From Alloascoidea hylecoeti (lineage: Eukaryota): a stretch of DNA of 64,000 bases. The position numbers were made by a program, and so were the translations under genes. This document shows, in pieces, positions 39,735 to 52,300 of this stretch. Location: assembly GCA_001600815.1 (NCBI GenBank), contig BCKZ01000001.1, forward strand, positions 1,894,804 through 1,958,803, in the 5' to 3' direction. How positions within the stretch are numbered: position 1 is the first letter of the stretch; the number at the start of each line of letters is the position of its first letter. The notes below the pieces were generated by a model. The model worked only from the letters and a program-made list of their open reading frames with translations. It made no database searches and was not told the origin of the DNA.

Positions 39735-41301
39735 CTAGTTAACTATCTGAGCACTAGAATATGCTAAAATATATTTCACACTATTAATAATGTTAGTGAA
39801 TGGAAGAAGAATTTATAATCGATAGTAACTCACTTCGTTAATAAGAATTTACAAGCCATTGTCCATTCAACATTAGCTGTCCTAGCAGAAAGCTTTATAC
39901 TAGCACCACCAATTTTATCTCTCGATATTGAATAGGGCAACTCAACCCTCGAATCCAATTCCTTTAATCTACTTGCTACTTGTTGAATAACCGCTAGCAA
40001 TGCAATAAGTGCTGCATCGAGCATACCGTGGTTAAATAGTCGTTCAATAGTGTAATCCCCCGATGAATATAACTCTAAAACTGTAATCCGATACTTTATT
40101 GGATTTTTAATATCTCTTTCTATTTTCTCGATTTTAGACGTAGACCCCATGGGCCGTAGTCGATATCCATCAAGCTTGAAATTTAATCGTTGGACAAGAG
40201 TAGCTATTAACAGAACAGTTTGACCTAATGCGGCGTTTATTTCCGGCCACGGAACCTACAGAATAAAACTTAGTATGAGGTGGTATAGGAATCAAATTTT
40301 CTCTTCTTTTTACTTACTTTGCAATTATCTAAACTTCCAAGTCTTAAACCATTGATAGTTCCGAATTTTCCATCATGAGATATATGAAAGATATCATTAT
40401 AAACATTTGTTCTTTGAAGTTTTTCTAGTTGTCTTGAATCATAATCATATTGTGAGTTAACGCGCTCCTTTTCTTCGAGTTGTTCTTTCATTTCAACAGA
40501 CAATTCATTCCATTTTTGCCAAAACTGATTTTCTTCTTCATTTAATTCTAATTCTTGTTTTTTTAATTCCTCATATTCTTTTTCAACATTTCGTTGTTCT
40601 TCTTCTAATTGTCGTAATTCTTCCAATGCTTCTTGCTTTTCTTGTTCTAAACTTTTTGTTTCCTCTAATGATTGTTTAATTCTTTCTTCTTCAGGTGACG
40701 CTTGACTTTTTAATTTTTTTAGAAACTGAACATATAAATTACGTTCTTTAGTAGTTTGATCTAATTTAGCTTTCATTTGTTCAATGAGTATATTAGCACA
40801 TTCAGAACAAACAGGATAATCGATTTCATATTTTAACGATAGAGCATCAAATAAATTTTCCAGAGTTTTTACTCTTCTTGATATTGTATGTTTATCATCA
40901 AATGGATCATCATCATACCTTTCATCATCTTTATGTTGAGTACTCTTTGAACCGTTATTTGATGCTTTAATCCCTTTATTTGGTAAAAGAACAAAAGAGT
41001 CCATCGGCGTTGTTGGATTTTCAATACCTATTGATCCTACGACATTTTTATTTGTAGATGACGATAATGCTTGTTTATAATTATTTATCCGATCCTCTGA
41101 AATAAAGGCTGTATTTGGTGCACTATCGGCCTTGGAATGAATATTGATATCATCAGCCTTGGCAGCTGTTCTTCCATTTGCGTTAGAATTATTGATTAAG
41201 AGATTCACCTGTGTAGGACTTAAATCATTAAGAGAATGATGAATTTCTAATGGTTGGCGACATTTCTGACATCGATAATTATCTTGTGTCTTTTGGCTCA
41301 T
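39735..41301 (-). CDS. VPS30: Beclin-1 homologue, 2 introns
   Basis: Exons 41301-40318, 40255-39834 and 39780-39735. CQKCRQPL, IDYPVCSEC, a coiled coil, LQRTNVYND.F.ISHDGKFGTINGLRLG, VPWPEINAALGQ, WTMACKFLLTN.KYILA. Confidence 0.95.
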
Positions 41302-41437
41302 TGGTAGTTAAGAGATTAAAGTGGTTGAAAGGATGTCGATTGTGCATCAATTTATAATTTAATTACACGACGGCGGCGTACAGCATATGATTCATGATGT
41401 TTTTTTACATACCTATATTTATATACAATATTCATGA

Positions 41438-42748
41438 TTAATCACTAGAAAACAATCTGGCATAAAAATTTGTATTCATCTTTTCTAAGGCTAATTTATT
41501 CTGGGTCATCAGTTGCTTAATATTCTGTGCTGTTATTGCCGGATTTCCTTTTTTAACTACCTTATGAGTAACATAATAAATAGGATCTCTATATGAAAGT
41601 ATGAATGAAGGTGGGGCCCAAACTTCTAAAGCTATTTCTTTATTCGGAGGCGTAGTGATATTAATTACCCCCAAATGCTTAATCACAATTTCTACCGATT
41701 GCCAATTTTCGCCCTCAAACCCTTTGAGTGGAACTTCATATTTAACAAGCGAATCTTCAACACCAGGCTTCGTGAAAACAAACTCAGGATTTTTTTTTAC
41801 TTTTTCTTTGGCAGCCTCAAGGTTAGCACTAATAAAGATATCTTTCCCACGTATTGGAGGAGTTGTCTTTTGAAGTGATGATGCTGATACTTTATTAATG
41901 ATATAAATAAGTCCACCAACAGAAATGCATTCATCTTTTTCAAAAAAAGACCGAGGACCTTTAGGCGACAATCTTGTTGCTATGTTTCTGAATCGTATAA
42001 TTTTCTTGCCCATATCCTCTCTCGTTATAGAGGGTATGGGGCATTGTGCTTTAGGTAAATTATTATAAAAGTTATTCTTCTCGTCATCTGTGAACTTGAA
42101 GGTATCAATTCCTAAAGCATATGGCCCGTCTATCTCAGTTGGTTGCTTCGTTTCAGAAAACTTTCTGTTTGACCTTATAGTATCTTTAATTAATGTGCTT
42201 TTTCCAACACCTTCTTCTCCAATGAAATAAATAGATTCATGATCTTTTGGTAGACTCAAATTCAGCTCTTTTGCACCCCACTTTTTTATTCCGGAGGAAG
42301 TAACAAAAAGTTTACCCGGTATTTCTTTACAAATCTTTTGTATCGCCAATTTATAATAGGGAGCATAATATAATCGAGCGCTATCTATATCTCGTTCAAC
42401 TTTATCCATTTTATTTATTGCAAATATTAATTCTTTCACTCTATATTTTCTGCTAAGGTCAAAAATCGATGAGTATAATGTATGCGGGAAATCAACTCCA
42501 TTTATAACGTGCACTACTGTTGCACAAGGCCTCATTTCTTTGAATGAATTCTCAAGTAAAATTTCTTCGTGGTTTGATCTGGACCGCTTATCTTCATGAA
42601 TCAAACGATGAAATAGCAGTGGTGTAGATATTCTTGAAACACGAAAAGTATTACAATTAGATTTTGATTTATAAAGCGTCATTTTCCCACCAAACAGGTC
42701 ATTTCTTAGGAATTGAGGCTTCAAAACGATATGATTAGATAACAGCAT
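41438..42748 (-). CDS. Divergent tandem paralog of GEP3/MTG3 (circularly permuted GTPase fold, degenerate motifs), 436 aa
   Basis: First ATG at 42748. Colinear with the neighbour: HVINGVDFP vs HVVDGTDFP, NKMD vs TKMD, IGEEGVGKSTLIKD vs IGEPNVGKSTLVKD, YRDPI vs YRDPI. Confidence 0.8.
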   Translation of the reverse strand: MLLSNHIVLKPQFLRNDLFGGKMTLYKSKSNCNTFRVSRISTPLLFHRLIHEDKRSRSNHEEILLENSFKEMRPCATVVHVINGVDFPHTLYSSIFDLSRKYRVKELIFAINKMDKVERDIDSARLYYAPYYKLAIQKICKEIPGKLFVTSSGIKKWGAKELNLSLPKDHESIYFIGEEGVGKSTLIKDTIRSNRKFSETKQPTEIDGPYALGIDTFKFTDDEKNNFYNNLPKAQCPIPSITREDMGKKIIRFRNIATRLSPKGPRSFFEKDECISVGGLIYIINKVSASSLQKTTPPIRGKDIFISANLEAAKEKVKKNPEFVFTKPGVEDSLVKYEVPLKGFEGENWQSVEIVIKHLGVINITTPPNKEIALEVWAPPSFILSYRDPIYYVTHKVVKKGNPAITAQNIKQLMTQNKLALEKMNTNFYARLFSSD

Positions 42749-43079
42749 TTGAGATGTTAATATAGAAACCTTTGAAATGCTATGTGAAAAATCTGATCGC
42801 GATGAACATGTACATGTATGTATGGGTGTAAATTTGGAATAGAGATCAAAGTTACAGTTAATTGTACGAGGACCCACCGTAATTAGAATGAGATCACGAC
42901 TTCCAGTATTATTTAGTTTTTGGCGAGATTTAGCATGTCTTTAGATCCATTCATAGGTATTAAGCACCAATTGTAACATTTGTATAATCCCTTCTCAGAA
43001 GGATTGAACTTTATACTATACATTTTTAAAAGGCTGATAATTCTTAATTAATAAGTTTTTCTATTTACATTAGTTTCAG

Positions 43080-44954
43080 TTACCAATTACTAGCATTAAT
43101 ATTGGCGTTGATGTTGGGTTCTGCCTCTAAACTTAAAGGCTTTGATCCATTAATATCAATACTTCCTTCTATTACTTTCTTAGTCACTTCCTCTTTACTT
43201 GTATCATTCTTAGCTGGATGCAACCTTGTGAAATAGTTGATCTTACTGGCATTCGGCTTCACTCCTGTTTTATTGACAATGTCATACTTATTTAATGTAT
43301 ATTTGTTGATGGGATCACGATATGCTAATTTTAGAGCTTCAGGTACCCATAGTTCAATTATTCGTCCCTTTTGTTTGTCTTTTGATCCAGTCGCAGTTAT
43401 GTTCACAACGCCTAACCCCCTTATTAAAACATCAACCGAACCATTAAATTCAGGAAGTTCATATCTCACTAGCGTCTCTTCTACCTCAGGTCTTGTAAAA
43501 AACCAGTCTTTATGTTGTCCTTTTTGTTCTCTTGCTCGTAATCTTGCCTTTTCTATACTCCCAAACTTCTCGGCTTCCTGATTTCGAATAATAGGAAATG
43601 TTTCTTTAATTTGTAATATCATATCTTTGGGTGGAACTATATAAAGAAACCCCCCTATAGATAAACATTTCCCTCCGCTCAAAGATATGTAATGAGACTT
43701 TTTGTTCAATTTTTTATTAATAGATCTGATCTTATTTACCTTAGCGAATAAACCAGGTTTCACTAATTTTAATGGAATGCTACTTCCTTCACTATCCATT
43801 TCATACCCAGGCAAATCAGTGACTCTACCTCCAGATCCAAGATCAAATCTCATTTCTTCTCTGGTGAAATTGGGAATTTCTGATATGCCTGGTCCGATTT
43901 GCATTTGTTCTCTAACGGTTAGTTTTCTTCTTCTGGATGCTGCATAAGGTCCTCTACTTTCCAATATTAAATCTTTAACTAGAGTGCTCTTACCTACATT
44001 TGGTTCTCCAATAAAATACGTATTATGCCCATCTTTAGGAATTAGACTATCAATAACATCTGTGCCCCATTTTTTGTTTCCTGCTGAAGTCAGAACGAGA
44101 TACCTTGGCTTGTTATTGCAGATATTTTCAATTGCAGCTGAAAAATATGAAGCAAACCATTTATTAGAACTTTTCCAAGTTTCTCCAATTTTATCCATTT
44201 TTGTTATTACAAATATTAGCATCTTCACTTTATGATCCTTGCAAATATCAAATATTAGAGGATTTAAAGTGAAAGGGAAATCAGTTCCATCAACAACATG
44301 TATTACAGTCCCTCCACGTTCTATTTTCCCAAGTAGACTTTTTATATCAACAGGATCTTCAATGTGATCTACTTTCCCATGATTCCGAATATCATGACAT
44401 CGTTTGCAGATTAATTTCTTTTTCAAGACATTTCCCTCTCCAATTTCATTACTCTCTTCTTCCCCGTTTTGCATAATAGTATCGTCATCTACTACAAACT
44501 TTCTACCAACTCTTGTGCTTTTGGAAACTTCTGCTGTTTCTTCTATATTGTTTAATAAAAACTCTTTGGCATCATTGTCCAAAGTTTGAAAAACTCGAGT
44601 ATACTGATAATCACTCTTCCTCTTTACCTTTGTTTCTTTAGGAGGGACAAAATAACCAAGTTCTTTAGGATTTGAAGTTTGTAAAGAAATACCACAAGAT
44701 GCACATTTATTAGTAGCGAATTCGACAGTAAGACTGTTCCTGCAAATTGAGGCTGAGTGCATTGATCTAGATGGTAAACCAAAAGGGTTTCCTTGTTGAA
44801 GTTTTGTGTTTATGTCTTCCCTTGATGATGTAAAACATCTTGATATATTTAATAATGATTCACACTTTATTGCATGTCTCACTACGCTTAATCCACATCT
44901 TTTCGACAAATTTCTTGATAGTAGCCTATGACACTTCAAATAAGTGCTTGCCAT
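43080..44954 (-). CDS. GEP3: Mitochondrial small-subunit assembly GTPase, YqeH/NOA1 family
   Basis: Likely start MASTYLK at 44954 (presequence-like). Zn finger CASCG...CKRCH, G4 TKMD, G5 SA, G1 GEPNVGKS, G2 NFT, G3 DLPG in permuted order. Confidence 0.88.
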   Translation of the reverse strand: MASTYLKCHRLLSRNLSKRCGLSVVRHAIKCESLLNISRCFTSSREDINTKLQQGNPFGLPSRSMHSASICRNSLTVEFATNKCASCGISLQTSNPKELGYFVPPKETKVKRKSDYQYTRVFQTLDNDAKEFLLNNIEETAEVSKSTRVGRKFVVDDDTIMQNGEEESNEIGEGNVLKKKLICKRCHDIRNHGKVDHIEDPVDIKSLLGKIERGGTVIHVVDGTDFPFTLNPLIFDICKDHKVKMLIFVITKMDKIGETWKSSNKWFASYFSAAIENICNNKPRYLVLTSAGNKKWGTDVIDSLIPKDGHNTYFIGEPNVGKSTLVKDLILESRGPYAASRRRKLTVREQMQIGPGISEIPNFTREEMRFDLGSGGRVTDLPGYEMDSEGSSIPLKLVKPGLFAKVNKIRSINKKLNKKSHYISLSGGKCLSIGGFLYIVPPKDMILQIKETFPIIRNQEAEKFGSIEKARLRAREQKGQHKDWFFTRPEVEETLVRYELPEFNGSVDVLIRGLGVVNITATGSKDKQKGRIIELWVPEALKLAYRDPINKYTLNKYDIVNKTGVKPNASKINYFTRLHPAKNDTSKEEVTKKVIEGSIDINGSKPLSLEAEPNINANINASNW

Positions 44955-45158
44955 TTGTGTAATATAATTAGCTGTTAAAGAAGAAAAAATTGATATATTG
45001 TTTGACACGTGATTCATATAATCAAAAAAAATTCCTTGCATAATTGATCATGATAAGCTAGAATTCTTGACAATACAGTATAAGCAGTGTGGATTTATAA
45101 TAAAAAATTATATACCATATTTTAAAGCAATATATATTTTACTGATATATTTCATAAA

Positions 45159-47297
45159 CTACTCTTCATCCTCCTGTTCAGAATCTGAACTTGCTAGACC
45201 TTCTACAGCTTCCTCATCTATCAATTCTTGTTCTTTCTGAGCTTTTCTTTCTTCTTCTTCAGCGGCTAAACTTTCTCTCAATATTCTAGCCTTCTCTTCT
45301 GCAACTTCTCTTTGTACAACAACATAACCACCAAGAGGCGTCTTTTGCCAATCTAAATCCGATAGGAAATTTGCAACTGCCTTTTTATTACTAGGACCAA
45401 ATGAAACACTACTTCTCTTTTCTGTAACAAATTTTGAATTCTGTTCTAATTTTTGAATTAAATTCTGTAACTGTTTGTTGAATTTAACATTAACTTTATT
45501 CAATTTGGTGTGTCGTTTGAAGGCAATGATTGCAGGAATAGCTAATTCAGGAAAAGCAACACTTTTAGCATGTATCACGAAAATTTCCCCAGCTAAATCG
45601 ATGATTTGTTCAGAAATACCTTCTTGATACCTTTTAGTACCAAGATAAGCAGAATTAGCTTTAATGTTATGATCAAAATCGAATGCATTCAATTGATCCA
45701 ATTTTGGTCGTTTAGTAAATGCAGTTGAGTTTAAAATTTCAGTAATGGTAGACAATAATGGAATATAGACACCTGTATGTTGAGACAATCTTATTAAACT
45801 TCTGGTTAAATAAAATCTGAAAGGATAAAATTGTGCAGCGGGAATCAATCGAGTAGCACCAAGGGTAACTTGAACTAAAGGATAGATTAAGGATCTTAAT
45901 GGTGATTGAGCACCTACTTCTCTCTCTTTTGTCGGATTACAGTGTAATGATAAGACACGGGACCAGAAATCAAGAGAATGAGCATACTGCCAATTATAGA
46001 TTGTTTTATGTGATTCTGCTGTTTTATGAATTGTACTATTTCTTAGATGAATTGCCAATTGTCTAATATAATCAAACCCAAGTTGATACGACAGATTTTG
46101 ATTGATTCCAAAAAGCTCAGCAGCTGAATTCTTTTGGAAATTGAGCAACGGCATTGTATGTGGATTAGTTTGACGACATCTCTTTATAAATGTAGAATAT
46201 GTACTCTTTAACACAAGCTCTAGAAGAGATTTTGGATATTCACGAGACGCATTATTAAGGAATGCAAACAAAGCAATTTGAGTTTCTATATCCTGAGTTG
46301 AACCCCAAAGTTTGACAACCGTTGTAATAAGTCTTTTTAATAGAGGTCTGTGAGAAATTAAGTAAGGCAGTAATTCATGGGAACTAGATAAAACCAAAAC
46401 AGCTGTATCTGTATTGTTGATATCAGACAAAAGAATTAACATAGAAGTAGCATGAGACTTGATGATTGGACCTAAATTGGTTAAATTTTTAGCACCAGTA
46501 ATGGTTCTTGAGCCCTTTTTTGTTTCTGTAAAAGGGACTAGTTTTTGAATAGCTTTGGGAAATTTAGACAGTGCTAATAACATTAATTTTTTGAAAGCTT
46601 CTGCATCTGTAACGGCATATTTGTACTGTTCAGCATCGTTTCCAACGTTAACGGCGGCTTTAAAAGCCATGGTTAAATTTCTTAAAAGTTTAACAGAGGG
46701 TTCATTTTCAATCTTAGTCTCCCATTCTTTAACCAACAATGGAGTAACTTCGATAACTTCACCTTTAGAATTGGAATCCTTCTCCTTCTTACTTTTACTT
46801 TTTTTGCTCTTTTCACTTTCTTCATCTTCATCTTCATCGTCTTCATCTTCACTTTCATTTTCGTCTTCATTCTCATCATCATCAGTATCCATAGCCTCAA
46901 GCGGGTCAACTGTATCAAAATCTAAAAGACCTTCATCATTGTTTTTCAAGTATTTGTAAAAATCGGGGTCCTTCTCTGCTAATTCAGCTAAATCCTGTTT
47001 ATGATCAAACTCTTCTTCATCACTACTTTCATTATCACTTTCAAGAGCTTTTTTATTTTTCTTGAGTACATTTTTATCGTGCTTTGGAATTTGAAATTCT
47101 TCTCCTTTAAATAAATCTTCAACCGAAAGCTCATCTATTTTGGAAGTTTCTGAATTTTCGATTTCTTTTGATGAATTTGATTTTGTCTTCCTTTTTTGAA
47201 CTTTTTGTTTGAATTGCTGAGAGGCCTTTCTCTCATCAATCGTTCGCTTTAGATGACTCTTCTTAAACTTTTTAGTTGATTTTACAGCTCTACCCAT
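45159..47297 (-). CDS. NOC2: Nucleolar complex protein 2
   Basis: KSTKKFKKSHL, LAEKDPDFYKYL, FQKNSAAELF, YIRQLAIHLRNS, IYNWQYAHSLDFWS, LIYPLVQVTLG. Confidence 0.96.
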   Translation of the reverse strand: MGRAVKSTKKFKKSHLKRTIDERKASQQFKQKVQKRKTKSNSSKEIENSETSKIDELSVEDLFKGEEFQIPKHDKNVLKKNKKALESDNESSDEEEFDHKQDLAELAEKDPDFYKYLKNNDEGLLDFDTVDPLEAMDTDDDENEDENESEDEDDEDEDEESEKSKKSKSKKEKDSNSKGEVIEVTPLLVKEWETKIENEPSVKLLRNLTMAFKAAVNVGNDAEQYKYAVTDAEAFKKLMLLALSKFPKAIQKLVPFTETKKGSRTITGAKNLTNLGPIIKSHATSMLILLSDINNTDTAVLVLSSSHELLPYLISHRPLLKRLITTVVKLWGSTQDIETQIALFAFLNNASREYPKSLLELVLKSTYSTFIKRCRQTNPHTMPLLNFQKNSAAELFGINQNLSYQLGFDYIRQLAIHLRNSTIHKTAESHKTIYNWQYAHSLDFWSRVLSLHCNPTKEREVGAQSPLRSLIYPLVQVTLGATRLIPAAQFYPFRFYLTRSLIRLSQHTGVYIPLLSTITEILNSTAFTKRPKLDQLNAFDFDHNIKANSAYLGTKRYQEGISEQIIDLAGEIFVIHAKSVAFPELAIPAIIAFKRHTKLNKVNVKFNKQLQNLIQKLEQNSKFVTEKRSSVSFGPSNKKAVANFLSDLDWQKTPLGGYVVVQREVAEEKARILRESLAAEEEERKAQKEQELIDEEAVEGLASSDSEQEDEE

Positions 47298-47545
47298 TTT
47301 TCCAGTGAAGAATTAAATCAAAATAACTTTTTCACACCTTAAGAATTTTTTTCCCGAAGAGTATATTACATCATGCATTGCGGTATATATCAGCACGGTT
47401 ATTCATATATTGAATTGTAACCTCCTACTGGAACCGTTCTTAGATCTTCATCATCATTACACACAATAAAAGAACAACGGCTGATTTCTGTAAGAAGCCG
47501 CAACGCCTCATTCACCATACTCTTATAATTCTCATCTGAGTAATA

Positions 47546-48733
47546 ATGGTTGAAAACTTGTCTTCTCCATCTTTGGAAAACGGCGATGACACAACACCAG
47601 GTCTGCAACAGCCCTTACCAGAAACCCCAGCATCCACATCTCCAGCACGTCAAGCAACAGAGAACAATAGAAGTGATGAAACACCGACTACATCACCCAT
47701 AAAACAACCACATGCCATCAGACTTCCACCTCTTGAACCGGGATCATTAGAAGTGATAAAAAAGAGAAGACTTAATCCATCTTCGCCCCCACTTCAGGAA
47801 CTCAGCTATAACCTTACCCCAGGACAAACCACTTCTTCTCTTGTGATTCCAGTAAAAAACAGAAATTTCAAATCTCCATTAATTTCCGCCAAACGGTCGC
47901 CATCATTGGTTGATAAACCTATCCCCGTTCTTACTCCACCATCATGTGCTCCTACATATGATAGTCTCACATCATCTTCGCCATCCCTTAATTCTACAGT
48001 ATCTTTACGTAGGGTGGCAAGTCATTCTCCTGTTAGACCACCCAATCAATTAACACCACGTCGTGTTATGTCAGCAAAACCATTTATCAAAACAGCGATA
48101 CCTCTACATCCAACTAACTTTGATTCACCTATATGCTCTTCTTCGTCTCCAAGCGACCGGCAAAATCGAATTATTAATACACCATTACACGCACTACGAA
48201 GCAAAGAATCGGAATTGGATATTGAAATACGTAAAAAAGAACAACGACTGGATACATTAACTCAGGCTAAAAAATATATTCACAAAAATGAAGATGAAAA
48301 ACTAGAGAGTTTAAGCGTTCAGTGGAGAGAAGCAGCACAAAAAGCGGCAACTTATTTATTTAACCAAGCAAGTGATAAAGTAGAAAGAATGGGAGGAGTA
48401 TCAGAACTTGAAAAGCGAAATAAGAAAAAAAATTCTTTTAATTATTCAAATGAACTCGATTCCCTTGTGTTTGAAGAAAAGATAGGTATATCTGAAGAAG
48501 AAATAGAAAAATTATCTCCGGAAGAGAGAGAAGAATTTGAGAGAATGAAAATTGAATACGAGGAAGAATTGGAAAGGAGACAGGAAGAATTGGAAATTAG
48601 TATAGCTGAAGCAGAAGCTAAAGCAGAAGATAACTCATCAAATTCAAAAAAGTTTACAATGAGTTACATGCTTAACACGTTGAATGTTGATTATTCAATG
48701 TTATTTCCGAATGGTGAGGAAGATGAAATTTAG
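47546..48733 (+). CDS. Sfr1/Mei5-like recombination mediator
   Basis: Disordered S/P-rich N-terminus with FKSP. C-terminal KLESL..QWREAAQKAA..LF, KVERMGG and FTMSYMLNTLNVD resemble Sfr1/Mei5. Confidence 0.72.
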   Translation: MVENLSSPSLENGDDTTPGLQQPLPETPASTSPARQATENNRSDETPTTSPIKQPHAIRLPPLEPGSLEVIKKRRLNPSSPPLQELSYNLTPGQTTSSLVIPVKNRNFKSPLISAKRSPSLVDKPIPVLTPPSCAPTYDSLTSSSPSLNSTVSLRRVASHSPVRPPNQLTPRRVMSAKPFIKTAIPLHPTNFDSPICSSSSPSDRQNRIINTPLHALRSKESELDIEIRKKEQRLDTLTQAKKYIHKNEDEKLESLSVQWREAAQKAATYLFNQASDKVERMGGVSELEKRNKKKNSFNYSNELDSLVFEEKIGISEEEIEKLSPEEREEFERMKIEYEEELERRQEELEISIAEAEAKAEDNSSNSKKFTMSYMLNTLNVDYSMLFPNGEEDEI

Positions 48734-49308
48734 AGATATTTTTTTACTTTTTTAATATTTGCTTTTGCTGTTAAGAATCATGTATTCAAAATTCTTGTTT
48801 CACTGGGTGTTTTTCGTTTTAATATATTTATGATATTTGTTCCATTACAACACTAACAATATTCAGTGGCTATAGTTTATTATCATTTCATTTTGCGGGA
48901 TCTGGGTACTTTTGATTTTTTTTTATAATTATTTGATAATATTAAATCTGATAGCTATTGCTGCTACCATTATCTCTAACTTAGCTATTATGCTATTAGG
49001 CTTCGAATTGTACCCTATTTACATATAATATAGTTGTAGATTAATTGTATATATATGTTTAAATTCAATATATTTATTTATAATTTTGAAAAGTCACTGT
49101 ACAACTAAAATTGCAGTTTGATTTAAATGATTTTTATAATTGACTACCGGTATATATGCATAGCTATTTGAACATATGGTAGAATAGAGTCTTATTACAA
49201 TATCAAATTATATTTCATCAAGCTTACCCATTTTATATTATAAATCGCCTGGTAACTTGAATCTCTTTTGGTAAAATACATAATTTTGAATTCAAATGCA
49301 AGTATCTT

Positions 49309-52300
49309 CTAAAATACGTCACCCAATTCCAATCTAGGTGCAATATTCATCGAAAGTAATTCTTGGAATAGCAGCTTAGCAGCATACGGAATAGTCATCT
49401 TAACTGTATGCTCGCTAGTCTTACAAGTTGAACAATAACCATTATAACCCATTAATCCACAATCTGAACAAACATCAACTTCAAATGCATCAGAAGATAT
49501 CATTAATCTTTCCAATAGTAGTTGTGAAGCACCATAAGCAATAACACAATCACGTTCCATTTCCCCAAGACGAAGACCACCATCTCTTGATCTACCTTCT
49601 GTTGGTTGACGGGTTAAAACAGCTCTTGGTCCTCTAGCACGTGCATGCATTTTATCCATAACCATATGCTTCAACTTTTGGTAATAAATAGGTCCAAAGA
49701 AAATATAGGCTTGTAAGCATTCACCTGTTATACCTGAGTAAAGCTGATCTTTACCTGAATATGAGAATCCTTTATCAACTAATATTTTAGACATATCCTC
49801 TAATTTGCTACCACCAAAGCATGTACCATATTGTAATGAGCCATCTAAAACACCGGCTTTCCCTGAAATTAACTCTATCATTTTACCGACAGTCATACGA
49901 GATGGGAAACCATGTGGGTTCATAATAATATCAGGACAAATACCTTGATCGCTGAACGGCATATCCTCCTGTTGCACAATAATACCACACACACCCTTTT
50001 GTCCGTGGCGGGAAGAAAATTTATCGCCTAGTTCCGGACGTCGTGTTTGTCTTAAAAGAACTTTTACTAAAGGCTGTTCATTGTCATTAACTGAAAGCAT
50101 TACTTTATCAATATAACTTGGTTCGGGTGCTCTATAGTTGACAGGGGTTTGTCTATATTCCGTAGTAGAGCCATTATTGCCGTCTTGGCCAATCAAGTTA
50201 TCTCCTGTATTAATTGGGACACTCTTATTAACATACACTTGCCCTGATTCAACACGGCATCCAACTTCAGCCAAGCCATCAGTTCCGAGAGCCTCATGTT
50301 GGAAAATCGGATTGTTTTGTTCGTCCACCTGAACACCTTCTAATCTATCAGTTGTATGATTAGGATAACGTTTCATTAATGTGGTATTCTTTTTTAAAAC
50401 TTGGCATCGACCAAAACCTCTATCAAGAGAAGATTTATTTAAAACTAAAGCATCTTCAATATCATAACCTGAATAACTCATCACAGCAACTGTAGCATTC
50501 TGACCGGCTGGCAATTTATCATATTCGATTAATTCGATGGTTTTTGTTTTAACCATAGGTTGTTGAGGATATACCAGTAAGTAAAGTAAAGTATCAATAC
50601 GTCTAAATTGATTATATGCGATAGCACCAATAGCCTGCTTACCCATAGCACATTGATAAGTATTTCTAGGAGATTGGTTATGATGTGGGTATGGAATTAA
50701 GCCTGCAACTGCCCCTAATAATGTGAAGGGTTCAACTTCCAAATGAGTTGTTTTATCAGTGATATCTTTTTCATAAATAGCAATGAAACTATCATTTTCT
50801 TCATTAACATCAAGATATTCAACACAGCCTAATTTTAAGAAATCATCAAAGACCATTTTTCCGTCTTTTAAAGCTTTCAAATGCTTTGCTTCAACTTTAG
50901 ACTTTCCATTTGTAACAATAATTAAAGGACGACAGATTCTACCACCGTCGGTTGCGATATGTACAGCGGCCTGATGATCATTAACAAAAATACTAATGAA
51001 TTCTGAGATTTTACCGGAACGACGCAAATTTCTAAATTGTTTAACAAATCTCATTGCAAATCTTGTTGTTCCGATTAAAGTACCGTTAAGAAAAATTCCA
51101 TAAGTTCCAAAAGCATGAAGTGATTTCCCATCGATAACAGATATATCTTCAGCACCAAATAAGTAGCACAGCTTTCTTATTGGATCTTCCTCTACATCGG
51201 TAGTAATATGCGTCATCAAAGCTAAATTTTTAACCAAACCACATGCCTCACCTTCAGGTGTATCAGCCGTACACAACATACCAAATTGGGAAGGTTGTAA
51301 AGCTCTTGGACCTGAAACCTTTCTTGTTTTTTCGAATTGTGAAGATATTCTTGTCATCATACCTAAAGCACTAATATAACTTAATCTGCTTAAAACATGT
51401 GTAACACCGGCTCTTTCCATCTTAAAACGTTTTAAAGACCAATTACCAGTTGAAATTGATCTATTCATACCACTTGTTATATTATTTGCATGTACATTAA
51501 CATTCAGTAAAGCATCAAATTCACTTGCTCTATTTGGTTTCTTTAGAACTTTATCAATACTTGATTTAAAATCACTATTGAACTTTTTGAATAAATCTTC
51601 AAATAACAAGGACATCAATTGACCAGCCAATTCTAATCTTTTATTACCAACATAATCTCTATCATCAACCATTGTTGGATCATTCATCGCCATAATGACT
51701 CTTCGTGTCATCATTGCCATATATAAAGCTTTTTCTCTGAAATCTAAGCCATTAACAGAAATATGAGCGACGACAGTATTTGCAACTGCTTCAATACCTT
51801 CTTGTAATATTGTTAGCCTTGGTGCATTATTTCTCCTCATAGTTTTCACTTTAGAGCCAATAAATTCTAAAGCCTGATGTCTTGTATAAATACCATATTC
51901 AGCGGCAGTTTCGAAATTGACAACAAATAAATCTTGAAAAACTGGATTATCACCACAAACTAATTTCATTATTTCAAAATCTGATATAATTCCAGCAGCT
52001 TTTAAGAATATAACAATCGGTATATCTTCACTAATTGAGTTATGCTTTAGATAAATTTTTTTATGCTTTGTAACAACATAGGTTTTTGATTTTCTTTCAT
52101 GGGTTGATGAAGTAACAGAAGCCTGAACGATACCTTTTTTCTCATCGGCCTCAACGATGATCCTATTTTTACTTAACTGTTCTTGGACCAAAATAACCTT
52201 TTCCGTGCCATTGACAATGAAATAACCACCGGGGTCCAATGGGCACTCCTCTAATGTTGCCATTTCACGTTCTGATTTGTCATATAAGATACATTTATTA

